A stretch of 64,000 bases of DNA from positions 835 to 64,834 of the forward strand of contig CACZLA010000006.1 of assembly GCA_902781895.1 (NCBI GenBank), written 5' to 3'. Positions 27,417 through 36,463 of the stretch are shown here, piece after piece. Below the pieces are notes generated by a model. That model was not told where the DNA came from, did not search any database, and worked only from the letters and a program-made list of their open reading frames with translations. Each line of letters starts with the position of its first letter. Position 1 is the stretch's first letter. Made by a program: the position numbers and the translations under genes. This stretch comes from an uncultured Lachnospiraceae bacterium. Lineage in GTDB: Bacteria > Bacillota > Clostridia > Lachnospirales > Lachnospiraceae.

Positions 27417-28253
27417 ATGAGATTAAAGAAATTACTCAAGACAGCAGCAGCTACCACTCTTGCAGCAGTCGTATGCCTGGGTGCAGCAAGCGTTGCAAAG
27501 GCAGCAGGCGGTCAGTGGATGGAAAGTGCCAAGGGCTGGTGGTATAAGAACGCAGATGGTTCTTATCAGAAAGACCAGTGGATGCAGGACGGCGGAAAAT
27601 GGTATTACTTCGATGCCGACGGGTATATGGACTGCAACGGCTATCGTCAGGGCTTCTGGTTAAATGCTGACGGATCATATGATTCAAAATACTCAGGTGG
27701 AAAATGGTATCAGAACAACCAGGGCTGGTGGTGGGCTGATAAGTCCGGCTGGTATCCAAAGAACACATGGGTAAGAATAGACGGAAAGTATTATTACTTC
27801 CATAATTCAGGTTACCTTGCAACAGACTCATGGATTGGTGATTATTACGTAGATAAGACAGGTGCATGGGATGCTTCTGTTGTAAAGGACGGTTATTCAG
27901 GAACATATTCTGAAACTATCGCCGGAAGAGGATTTATGAGCATCATCAAGAACGGAAATCAGCACAGAGTTACAGTAACATGGCCTGACTCAGCAGCTAA
28001 GTATTATTACTGGGAGTTCACAGGAACATTTGATTCCAAGGGCGTTATGAGTTATAAGGGCGCTACAAAGACAGTTTATATTTATGACAAAGACGGAAAC
28101 CTTACTGTAGATGAAAAGGGTCATCAGACACCTTATCAGACATATGCTGACGGTACAGGTACTATCAAGATAAACGGCTCAAAGCTTGAGTGGGTTGAAA
28201 AAGACGGAAGCGGAAAGCAGATTCAGAAGAGTAATTTCAACAAAAATAAGTAA
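27417..28253 (+). CDS. Secreted protein with choline-type cell-wall-binding repeats and a C-terminal beta-rich domain
   Basis: The signal peptide ends AASVAKAAGG. CW_binding_1-like repeats (GWWYKNADGSY, GKWYYFDADGYM, GWWWADKSGWY, GKYYYFHNSGYL) are present. The RBS is GAAGGAGG. Confidence 0.8.
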   Translation: MRLKKLLKTAAATTLAAVVCLGAASVAKAAGGQWMESAKGWWYKNADGSYQKDQWMQDGGKWYYFDADGYMDCNGYRQGFWLNADGSYDSKYSGGKWYQNNQGWWWADKSGWYPKNTWVRIDGKYYYFHNSGYLATDSWIGDYYVDKTGAWDASVVKDGYSGTYSETIAGRGFMSIIKNGNQHRVTVTWPDSAAKYYYWEFTGTFDSKGVMSYKGATKTVYIYDKDGNLTVDEKGHQTPYQTYADGTGTIKINGSKLEWVEKDGSGKQIQKSNFNKNK

Positions 28254-28293
28254 TCCTTCTTAATTTGAGTAAACCCGATGGGTGCAAATATAA

Positions 28294-28335
28294 ACGGGAC
28301 ATATCGAAATGATATGTCCCGTGTTTTTTGTTTTG
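28294..28335. terminator. Rho-independent terminator (plus strand; possibly bidirectional with pta)
   Basis: ACGGGACATATC-GAAAT-GATATGTCCCGT is a perfect 12-bp stem followed by GTTTTTTGTTTT. Confidence 0.85.
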
Positions 28336-28366
28336 ATCACCGTGTTCTGTAATTCAGATTCAGATA

Positions 28367-29359
28367 TTACTTAATAGTAGCTGAAGCTGCTGTGATGATG
28401 GACATTGAGTAAACCTCCTGAGCTGTACATCCACGTGACAGATCGTTGATAGGTGAATTAAGACCGAGAAGTATAGGTCCAAATGCTTCAAAATTACCGA
28501 TTCTCTGAGCAAGCTTGTAACCGATGTTACCTGCATTGATGTCAGGGAAGATAAATGTATTTGCATGTCCTGCAACCTCTGAACCCGGAGCCTTCTTTGC
28601 TGCAACGTTCGGTGAAACAGCTGCATCAAACTGAAGCTCTCCATCGATAGGGATATCAGGAAGAAGCTTCTTTGTCTTCTCAGCTGCATTACGCATCTTT
28701 TCTACGCTCTCTCCCTTTCCTGAGCCCTTTGTTGAGTAGCTGAGGAATGCAACCTTCGGATCAACTCCGAAAAGCTTAGCACACTTGATAGTCTCACTTG
28801 CGATCTCAACAAGATCATCTTCTGAAGGATCGATAGTGATAGCACAGTCACCCATAGCCAGAACCTCATTATGTCCTGTTGCACCGGGACGAACAAGGAT
28901 AAAGCATGATGTAACTATATTATTTCCCGGCTTTGTCTTTACAAGCTGGAATGCAGGTCTTACTGTATCAGCTGTTGAATATGAAGCTCCGCCGAGAAGG
29001 CAGTCAGCAATGCCCATCTTTACAAGCATTGTTCCAAAATAGTTATTTGATTTAAGTGTTTCTCTTGCAGTTTCCTCTGTAGCTCCTTTGTTCTTACGGA
29101 TCTCTACAAACTGAGCAACCATCTCATCTATCTTGTCATAGTTAAGAGGATCGATGATATTTGCTCCGCGAATATTGAAACCACTGTCCTCTGCTATAGC
29201 ATGGATCTCATCAGGATTTCCGATAAGGATTGGCTTCAGGAAGTTACTTGCAAGAAGTCTGGATGATGCCTCAAGTATACGAGGATCATTTCCGTCAGGA
29301 AGGACGATCGTTTTCGGATCAGCCTTCAGTCTGTTGATCATTTCTCCAAAATAGTTCAT
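28367..29359 (-). CDS. pta: Phosphate acetyltransferase
   Basis: 330 aa. It is collinear with short-form Pta by my recall: IVLPDGNDPRILEA, YFGTMLV, GGASYSTADTVRPAFQLVKTKPG, LSYSTKGSGKG, FIFPDINAGNIGYKLAQRIGNFEAFGPILLGLNSPINDLSRGC. Confidence 0.9.
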   Translation of the reverse strand: MNYFGEMINRLKADPKTIVLPDGNDPRILEASSRLLASNFLKPILIGNPDEIHAIAEDSGFNIRGANIIDPLNYDKIDEMVAQFVEIRKNKGATEETARETLKSNNYFGTMLVKMGIADCLLGGASYSTADTVRPAFQLVKTKPGNNIVTSCFILVRPGATGHNEVLAMGDCAITIDPSEDDLVEIASETIKCAKLFGVDPKVAFLSYSTKGSGKGESVEKMRNAAEKTKKLLPDIPIDGELQFDAAVSPNVAAKKAPGSEVAGHANTFIFPDINAGNIGYKLAQRIGNFEAFGPILLGLNSPINDLSRGCTAQEVYSMSIITAASATIK

Positions 29360-29462
29360 TTTTACACCTCACTTAAGACTTTTTTTTCGAACATAAATTA
29401 TAGCACACAGAGGGGTTCTTCTCAACACAAAATGTGTCAAGTCAGATACACAAAATATGAAA

Positions 29463-30971
29463 TCAGATAACAGGGAATGGCAGCTGGGATATGATGTCCC
29501 GTTCTCTATCCACTCCGGGATAAACCTCTATCAGCTTCAGTCCTTTATCCGTAAGTTCGAAGACGCAGCGTTCAGTAACATATATAACTCTCTGGCCGTT
29601 CTTAAGTGCACGCTGACCTGAAAAGCTTACACTGCTTACCTCATTAACAAACTTCGGTATGGTTCCTTCCTGCACGATCTTCACTTTTCCGTTTTCCTCT
29701 TCAACGAAAAGTCCCTTTGCCGTGAAGGAAAGACAGAATACAACTACGGGCGTTTTGGATGTGATATTGGCAAAGCCTCCTATACCCGCATAAGCTCCGG
29801 CTCCTCTATGGGCATTTACATTTCCGTGTTTATCAACCTCCAGGCCTCCCATGAAGCATATATCAAGGCCTCCGTTATCATACAGGTCGAACTGGTTCGC
29901 CATATCATAAACCGAAGCCGCTCCGATCATTGCTCCGAATACGGGACCGGAAGCCGGGAAGCCACCTACACCACCTGACTCAACGGTAAGTGTTATCTTA
30001 TTCAGCATTCCGGATTCTTTTGCATATTTTGATACCGTCTCGGGGATACCGATTCCGATATTTACTATATCGTCCTCCTTCAGCTCTTTGGAAGCACGAC
30101 GACCTATGATATCAGCCACCACGCTGTTCTGTCTCTGAGATGATGACAGTCTTTCGATAATCTCTACCCACATATCCCACTGTCCCGGGGGTATTTCAAA
30201 GCTACCGGTAAGTGCCTCATATCCGCTTCCCAGAGGTTCCTGCTCTACCACAACTATGGCATCTACCAGGCATCCGGGAATAATGGCATTACGAGGTCTG
30301 GTGGGTTTACGTACCAGCTTGTCCACCTGAACTATGACCTTACCTCCGTTCGCTTTAGCTGCCTGACATATGGAAAGAGCATCTCCCGACATATACATAT
30401 CGTCAAAGGATATATTTCCCTTTCTGTCAGCGGCAGTTCCTTTTATAAGAGCAACATTTATCTTCGGAAGCTGATAGTACAGGAATTCCTCTCCGTCAAC
30501 CTCAACTATTTTTACAAGAGTTTCATCCCTGGAAATGTTATTGATGCCGGGACCTTCCTTACGGGGATCCACAAAAATATCCAGACCAACCTTCGAAAGT
30601 GCACCGGGGATTCCTCCCGCCTGTGCCCTTATGGCATGTGATATACATCCCAGAGGAAGATTGTATGCTTCAAATCTGTCCTCAAGAACCAGCTTCTTTG
30701 TACTGAGCATAGCCCCGAAATGTCCGCATATCAGCTTCTTTACGGCACCCTCTCTTATATAACTCTCGGCATTACGATTCTCATCCCAGAGTCCGAAGCC
30801 CGCACTTGAAAGCAGGGTAAGTTCGGAGGGGGAGCCGGTATTTTTATATCTTTCATATATAGCCTCGTGAAGCTCCACCGGATTCTCTATACCCACGAAT
30901 GAATTGACACAGACACAGTCTCCATCATTTATCAGCTCCACCGCCTCAGACGGTGTCATTATCTTATACAT
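29463..30971 (-). CDS. Family-I acyl-CoA:carboxylate CoA-transferase, fused alpha/beta type (propionate CoA-transferase Pct/YdiF-like)
   Basis: 502 aa with an N-terminal LINDGDCVCVNSFVG, TVESGGVGG (catalytic Glu context), GGLDICFMGGLEVDKHGNVN and YVTERCVF, as in Pct-type enzymes. Confidence 0.8.
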   Translation of the reverse strand: MYKIMTPSEAVELINDGDCVCVNSFVGIENPVELHEAIYERYKNTGSPSELTLLSSAGFGLWDENRNAESYIREGAVKKLICGHFGAMLSTKKLVLEDRFEAYNLPLGCISHAIRAQAGGIPGALSKVGLDIFVDPRKEGPGINNISRDETLVKIVEVDGEEFLYYQLPKINVALIKGTAADRKGNISFDDMYMSGDALSICQAAKANGGKVIVQVDKLVRKPTRPRNAIIPGCLVDAIVVVEQEPLGSGYEALTGSFEIPPGQWDMWVEIIERLSSSQRQNSVVADIIGRRASKELKEDDIVNIGIGIPETVSKYAKESGMLNKITLTVESGGVGGFPASGPVFGAMIGAASVYDMANQFDLYDNGGLDICFMGGLEVDKHGNVNAHRGAGAYAGIGGFANITSKTPVVVFCLSFTAKGLFVEEENGKVKIVQEGTIPKFVNEVSSVSFSGQRALKNGQRVIYVTERCVFELTDKGLKLIEVYPGVDRERDIISQLPFPVI

Positions 30972-30986
30972 TTATATTCCTCTCTA

Positions 30987-32093
30987 TCACTGTTTTTTGT
31001 TGACTATCTTGAATCTTGCAACTCCTCTTTCTTTGCTAGGAAGCTTTACCAGTATTCTGTTCAGGATATTATCTACAAGCACGTCATTTCCTCTCTCAAA
31101 TGGATTTCCCACGCTCATTATTGATGAATAATCAATCTCCAATCCCATCTCACTGCCTTCACTACCTGCACTTAGACGAACAATGACATCACCCTCTTCG
31201 GCATATTCCAGGGATGGGATCAGCATAGACGTTACTATCTCTTCAACAGCCAGCTGACAATTCATGATAGTCTTCCTGTCCATAAACTGATTCCTGCAGA
31301 ATTCATCCAGCTCACCCATCAGGGCAAATACATCCATGTTGTCATTATTCAGGACATATTCAAAATCACGGATACTGTATAAAAATCTCCTTGTTCGTTC
31401 ATCCTTCGGATTATCAAATATCTGACTTGAAGGACAGTCCTCTATGATTCCTTCTTTATCGAGATACAGCACTCTTTTTGATACATACTTGACCAGCCGC
31501 ATCTCGTGAGTGACCATTATCATCGTAACTCCGGTTCCGGCAACATTTCTCATAACCGACAGAACCTCGGAAACCATAGTAGGATCAAGTGCATTGGTAG
31601 GCTCATCAAAAAGAATTATCTTCGGATGCATGGCAAGTACTCTTGCTATGGCCACACGCTGCTTTTGTCCTCCCGTAAGATCCTCGGGATAGCTGCGTTC
31701 CTTTGATTCCAGTCCCACCAGCTTCAGCTGCTTCATCGCCTCATCATAAGCCTCCCTGGGGGATTTCTTCAGCAGATCCATCTGGGGCATCATTATATTT
31801 TCAACTACGGTCTTATGACCGAAAAGATTGAAGTATTGAAATATCATTCCCATTTTCATTCGAACAGACTGAAGGTCGGCCTTCGGATCACATACATCCA
31901 CCCCGTCTATAATGACAGAGCCGGAGGTTGGTTCTTCAAGCCTGTTAAGGCATCTGAGCAGTGTGGACTTGCCGACACCCGGCGGTCCTATAATGCTGAC
32001 TATCTCGCCCTCTTCAATATCCACACTTATATCCTTCAGGGGAGTGATATCACCGTAGCTTTTACAAAGATTTTTGATCTCTATAAGGCTCAT
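30987..32093 (-). CDS. Polar amino-acid ABC transporter ATP-binding protein with an extra ~120-aa C-terminal domain
   Basis: Walker A GPPGVGKST, signature LTGGQKQR and Walker B ILFDEPTNALD, ending near aa 245. A tail (nt 30990-31361) follows with DRKTIMNCQLAVEEIVTSMLIPS...VIVRLSAG...LEIDYSS. Confidence 0.85.
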   Translation of the reverse strand: MSLIEIKNLCKSYGDITPLKDISVDIEEGEIVSIIGPPGVGKSTLLRCLNRLEEPTSGSVIIDGVDVCDPKADLQSVRMKMGMIFQYFNLFGHKTVVENIMMPQMDLLKKSPREAYDEAMKQLKLVGLESKERSYPEDLTGGQKQRVAIARVLAMHPKIILFDEPTNALDPTMVSEVLSVMRNVAGTGVTMIMVTHEMRLVKYVSKRVLYLDKEGIIEDCPSSQIFDNPKDERTRRFLYSIRDFEYVLNNDNMDVFALMGELDEFCRNQFMDRKTIMNCQLAVEEIVTSMLIPSLEYAEEGDVIVRLSAGSEGSEMGLEIDYSSIMSVGNPFERGNDVLVDNILNRILVKLPSKERGVARFKIVNKKQ

Positions 32094-32795
32094 TTAGTCC
32101 ACCCCCTTTACCAGTGCTTTTTTTCGTTTATTTTTAAAGGCTTTGTCAGCCAGTCCGAGAAGCATCTTCATGCCCTTCGTGAGCAGATAATAGATGACAG
32201 CGGCAATAATTATGGGCACCAGTGCCGCCGTACCCTGGCTACGCACCTGATCTGCTGCTTTTGTCAGATCAACCACGGTAATAAATCCGACTACACTGGT
32301 TTCCTTCAGAAGGCTGATAATCTGTGCTTTATAAGCAGGATAAAATATAACTGCCGCCTGAGGAAATACAACCTTGAAGAAGGCTTTTCTCTCACTATAT
32401 CCAAAAGCTATAGCCGCTTCTCTCTGACCCTTATCTACCTTTTTAGTTCCATTCCACATAAGCTTATAGCATCTGGCACTGAATATGACAGTAAATCCGA
32501 TGATCGCCACTAAAACAGCCGGAAGATAAACCCTGCCTAACAATGCATAATACAGAAGCATAAGTATCACAACCACCGGCACTCCGGTTATGATATCACT
32601 GTATACGAATATCACGCCGTTGAGTATCTTTATATTTCTCCGCCTTATAAACAAAACTAAAAGACCGAGAAGAGAACCCAGCACTCCTGCTATAACTGTA
32701 ATAAGAACAGTTATCCCCAGTCCGCTGAGGAGACTTTTATATCCATCCCCGGTAATAAATGTCTTTTCAAATCCGATCATAAAATCATTAAACAT
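32094..32795 (-). CDS. Polar amino-acid ABC transporter permease (HisM/GlnP-type)
   Basis: 233 aa, 5-TM type with the EAA loop REAAIAFGYSERKAFFKVVFPQA. Its stop abuts the ATPase start. The RBS is AAAGGAGA. Confidence 0.85.
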   Translation of the reverse strand: MFNDFMIGFEKTFITGDGYKSLLSGLGITVLITVIAGVLGSLLGLLVLFIRRRNIKILNGVIFVYSDIITGVPVVVILMLLYYALLGRVYLPAVLVAIIGFTVIFSARCYKLMWNGTKKVDKGQREAAIAFGYSERKAFFKVVFPQAAVIFYPAYKAQIISLLKETSVVGFITVVDLTKAADQVRSQGTAALVPIIIAAVIYYLLTKGMKMLLGLADKAFKNKRKKALVKGVD

Positions 32796-32912
32796 CTGTT
32801 ACATCTCCTTTATTAGCACATTGTTTATTTTATTATTATGAGCCTAATAAAGCAAATTGTTTTTATACCTAAAAAACGTGGTAAAATATAGCCAAAATGA
32901 CTAAAGGTATTT

Positions 32913-32941
32913 TTGACACTCACTGCAGAGTATGGTATTAT
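32913..32941 (+). promoter_or_regulatory. Strong sigma-A-type promoter (TTGACA - 17 nt - TATTAT, with TGG extended -10)
   Basis: Hexamers at 32913-32918 and 32936-32941. It is followed in the leader by the hairpin/palindrome TGTCAAAAG-TCC-CTTTTGACA at 32971-32991. Confidence 0.6.
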
Positions 32942-33043
32942 ATTTTATGGATGTAATAACACGATGTAAGTGTCAAAAGTCCCTTTTGACATCGTATAAC
33001 ATAAGTTTAAAAATCCACATAAAAAGGGGAGGTTTTTTGCAAT

Positions 33044-33373
33044 ATGGAGAAAGAAAATCGCTACACAGTATATGAGGATGATACCTGGTCAATAGAGCTT
33101 CGTCCGCGAAACAATTTCCACGAGGGTGAGCCCACCATGAAAGTATGGGTTTCAATGATGGGACAGGAAGTAGCCCAGTATTCAAATAAGTTCCGTGGAT
33201 ATGGCCATTATAAAAATAATGAGGAGCTGCTCGATCCTTCTGTTGCCGAAGCTGCAAAAAAGACATGGGAAAAGCTTAAAGAAGGCGATTTAACAGACGA
33301 ATTATTGGAGGCTATAAAGACAGAGGTTGCTGACATAATAAAAGCCGCACCTGCTGAGGAGCCTGCAGAGTAA
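33044..33373 (+). CDS. Hypothetical small acidic protein
   Basis: 109-aa ORF with a GGGGAGG RBS and a terminator downstream. I recognise no family. Confidence 0.55.
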   Translation: MEKENRYTVYEDDTWSIELRPRNNFHEGEPTMKVWVSMMGQEVAQYSNKFRGYGHYKNNEELLDPSVAEAAKKTWEKLKEGDLTDELLEAIKTEVADIIKAAPAEEPAE

Positions 33374-33384
33374 TAAGTTTAGAA

Positions 33385-33415
33385 GGGGTTACGGATTTAC
33401 CGTAACCTCTTTTAA
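33385..33415 (+). terminator. Rho-independent terminator
   Basis: GGTTACGG-ATTTA-CCGTAACC followed by TCTTTTAATAATT. Confidence 0.65.
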
Positions 33416-33447
33416 TAATTCTAGTACACATTAAGGAATCACATTTT

Positions 33448-35037
33448 ATGAGTAATTCAAACACTCTTGAAGTGACTGTAGATTACAAAGGAATAGATAC
33501 CATTTCGGAGTTTATCAGTAACTGGATGACCGAATGTAAAACGGACAAGTATGAACTTATCCGAACAAGGCTCACAGTTGAGGAGCTTCTTCTTAGTGTT
33601 AATGCTCATTACGAAAAGGAAGTCTCGGCCACCGTTTACACCGGAACAAAGTTCGGAAAAAGATACTGCAGGATAGTATATGATGGCGAAAGCTTCGATC
33701 CCTTTGCAAAGGATGAAAATCTGGACGAATGGACAGAGCATCTTATTTCAAGTTCTGAAACAGTTCCGTCATGGAGCTTTTCCGGCGGAAAAAATGAATT
33801 ATATTTTACTCTCTCAAAAAGAGTTATAAAAACAGAATCCTTACTTGTGGGTTCCGTGATCCTCGCCATCCTTTTCGGACTCATAAAAGTTGATTATTCC
33901 GGTGATGTTATAGACTTCGCATCAGAAAATATCCTTACTCCTTTATCTGATGTATTTATAAATCTACTGAACACATTTGCGGTTCTTCTTATATTTTTCT
34001 CCGTACTCAGCGGCATCTGTGGTCTCGGTGGTGCGAGAGATTTCAGTAAGATGGGTAAAACCATCATCAATCGTTTTCTGATACGCAGTGCTTTCTTCAT
34101 AGCAATGAGTATAGGAATACTCTATCTCATATACAGACTTCCCTACGGAGAAACACAGGGTAGCTCTCAATCCGATGAACTGATAAAAAGAATATTTGCA
34201 ATAATCCCCTCAGATCCGTTATCTCCCTTCATAAATGGCGACATGCTTCAGATAGTTTTCATGGCCATTATTATAGGGATTGTTATTCTTGCAAATAAAC
34301 ACAGGCTGCGTCATACCACAAGTCTGCTTATTGAGCTGAATGATATAAGCACACGTACAGTGGAACTGGTATGTAAGCTGCTTCCGCTCTATATCTTTGT
34401 TACCCTTACTCTTCTTTTCTGGCAGAATGGAATGGGTATATTCTTCAGGATATGGAAGCCTCTTCTTATATATACATCGATATCATTTTTCATTGTGATT
34501 TTATCGATGCTGATAGTTTCCATTAAGTTTAAGGTTAGTCTCAAGGTTCTCGCAAAAAAAATCAGACCAACATTTATCATTGGTCTGACTACTGCGTCAT
34601 CAACTGTGGCATTCAGTAAGGTTCTTGATACAAACGAACGAAAACTGGGAATATCCCCGGATGTTTCAAAATTCGGTGTTCCCATCGGCAATCTGCTCTG
34701 CAGTGCCACAACCGGAGCATCTATGGCTTCCATAGTTTTCTATCTCACCGACTACTATGGCCTTTCCATTAATGTCGGCTGGTTTATAATGCTCTGGCTC
34801 ATGTGCTTCATTTTCGCCATATCACTTCCTCCTGTTTCCGGAGCACTGCTGATATGTCTCGGAATTATCATGAAAAACTTTAACATTCCATCTGAAGGAC
34901 TTGCCATTGCCGGAACCATGGGACTGATATTCGACTTTATAGATACATCAAGTCGTATCGTCATATCACACATGGAGCTCTGTCTGTCGGCAGATAAGCT
35001 GGGAAAGCTGAACAAAGAGAAGCTGAGAAAACCGTGA
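33448..35037 (+). CDS. Dicarboxylate/amino-acid:cation symporter (DAACS/GltP-type) with an extra ~125-aa N-terminal cytoplasmic domain
   Basis: The C-terminal ~400 aa is polytopic with SDF-family features (ASSTVAFS, GVPIGNLLCSATTGASMA, SLPPVSGALL). The N-terminal soluble part (33448-33822) contains DKYELIRTRLTVEELLLSVNAHYEKE...RYCRIVYDGESFDPF. Confidence 0.8.
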   Translation: MSNSNTLEVTVDYKGIDTISEFISNWMTECKTDKYELIRTRLTVEELLLSVNAHYEKEVSATVYTGTKFGKRYCRIVYDGESFDPFAKDENLDEWTEHLISSSETVPSWSFSGGKNELYFTLSKRVIKTESLLVGSVILAILFGLIKVDYSGDVIDFASENILTPLSDVFINLLNTFAVLLIFFSVLSGICGLGGARDFSKMGKTIINRFLIRSAFFIAMSIGILYLIYRLPYGETQGSSQSDELIKRIFAIIPSDPLSPFINGDMLQIVFMAIIIGIVILANKHRLRHTTSLLIELNDISTRTVELVCKLLPLYIFVTLTLLFWQNGMGIFFRIWKPLLIYTSISFFIVILSMLIVSIKFKVSLKVLAKKIRPTFIIGLTTASSTVAFSKVLDTNERKLGISPDVSKFGVPIGNLLCSATTGASMASIVFYLTDYYGLSINVGWFIMLWLMCFIFAISLPPVSGALLICLGIIMKNFNIPSEGLAIAGTMGLIFDFIDTSSRIVISHMELCLSADKLGKLNKEKLRKP

Positions 35038-35069
35038 TTGCTGTTCAAAGCTACGATCAGAAGCCAGTT

Positions 35070-35795
35070 CTAGAATTCTGTAACCACCAGAGAGCCGTCC
35101 ATACCGCTCTGACTTATCGAGAATCTTTTTTCATTTCCGGATGGATCTATGTAAGAATATCCGAAGGTAGGAAGATCACCTGCAAATACCATATCAACAC
35201 AAAGAGGATGTGCTGAGTTCAGGGTATCCCGTACATATAATTCCTCTATATCGAAGCTTGGAGTTCCGTCATCGGCAACATCCGTCATGCTGAGACTGAG
35301 CAGCTTAAAGTTCGTAACCTCACCCTGTACTTCAAACAGAAGAGATGTTACTGCGTCCGACGAATCGGCAACGGATACCGACTCTATATCATCCTTACTG
35401 TACTGTGAATCACTCAGATACTTAACAGTAACAGTGGCTTCTTCAGACTTAAGATCTGACTGAGTATCAGAGGTAACCGGAGTTTCTTCCCTGCCGTCTT
35501 CCATCTCTTCCACAGAATCCATTGTTACATCCTTGTCTGAGTCTTTATCCTTCGATGATTTTTTTGCCTGTTTCTTTGCCTCTTTTTCATCAACCTTTTC
35601 TTCCGCCACTGCAGTTGCCGACGCATTACTACCTTCGGCTTCTTCTACTGCCGACTGATTCGCAGCCATTTCGGCGGTGGTCATTTCCTTAGCCCCCTTA
35701 GATGTATGCGTGCTCTTAGAAGAACTATCGTCTCCACATGCCACCATAGATAACATCATAACTGATATCAGAATTATTCCAACAAATTTCTTCAT
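35070..35795 (-). CDS. Lipoprotein with a low-complexity acidic linker
   Basis: The signal peptide with lipobox is LSMVAC|GDD. The middle is E/K/S-rich. The ATGA overlap with the tenA stop suggests co-translation with the thiamine genes. Confidence 0.7.
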   Translation of the reverse strand: MKKFVGIILISVMMLSMVACGDDSSSKSTHTSKGAKEMTTAEMAANQSAVEEAEGSNASATAVAEEKVDEKEAKKQAKKSSKDKDSDKDVTMDSVEEMEDGREETPVTSDTQSDLKSEEATVTVKYLSDSQYSKDDIESVSVADSSDAVTSLLFEVQGEVTNFKLLSLSMTDVADDGTPSFDIEELYVRDTLNSAHPLCVDMVFAGDLPTFGYSYIDPSGNEKRFSISQSGMDGSLVVTEF

Positions 35796-36454
35796 AGATC
35801 GTCCTCCTCAACCATATCCCAGAATCTGTTTTCAAAAACGGCACACTCCTTAAAAATACGGCAGAGCCTCTCTGTCTCTTCGGGACTTATTCCCTCAGTT
35901 TCCTTGTCTACCATATCTATCCACATCTGATTTGCCTCATTATACTCATCACAGGCATATGCTTCAAACCAGCTTTTGTACGGTGAATGTTCTATCTCCT
36001 TCGGATAACGGCTGACCATGCTGCGGGCTATATATGCATATACCCAGGAGCAGTGAAGCAGAGCCGTAAGTCCGGGAATAACCCCTTCGGTTTCCACCAG
36101 CTTTCTGAGATAATCAACATACTCCGAATTCTCAGGAGTCCTCTCAGTACATCGAAGCTCCTGCCCGGTTATCCCGAGACGGTTCATATTCGGAATATGA
36201 ACCTTTTCAAGTTCCCCTCTTGTAGTCTCTATGATTTCTTCCAGAAAGTCTTTTAGTTCTTTTCCTTCAGCTATTTCCAGTATCTTCTCAAGTATTTCAA
36301 TATAATCATTTATATAGAAATAATCCTGAAGCATGTATTTACGGTATTTCCTCTCATGCAAAGTACCGTTTGCCATTTCCATGACAAACGGTTTCTTTGT
36401 TGATTCTTCCCACATATCTATAGTTGTTTCATATAGTTTATCGGACAGCTTCAT
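35792..36454 (-). CDS. tenA: TenA-family aminopyrimidine aminohydrolase (thiaminase II)
   Basis: 220 aa with KPFVMEMANGTL...YMLQDYFY and C-terminal ...FENRFWDM, the TenA/PqqC-like pattern. It lies in a thiamine gene context. Confidence 0.85.
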   Translation of the reverse strand: MKLSDKLYETTIDMWEESTKKPFVMEMANGTLHERKYRKYMLQDYFYINDYIEILEKILEIAEGKELKDFLEEIIETTRGELEKVHIPNMNRLGITGQELRCTERTPENSEYVDYLRKLVETEGVIPGLTALLHCSWVYAYIARSMVSRYPKEIEHSPYKSWFEAYACDEYNEANQMWIDMVDKETEGISPEETERLCRIFKECAVFENRFWDMVEEDDL

Positions 36455-36463
36455 ACTTAATTC

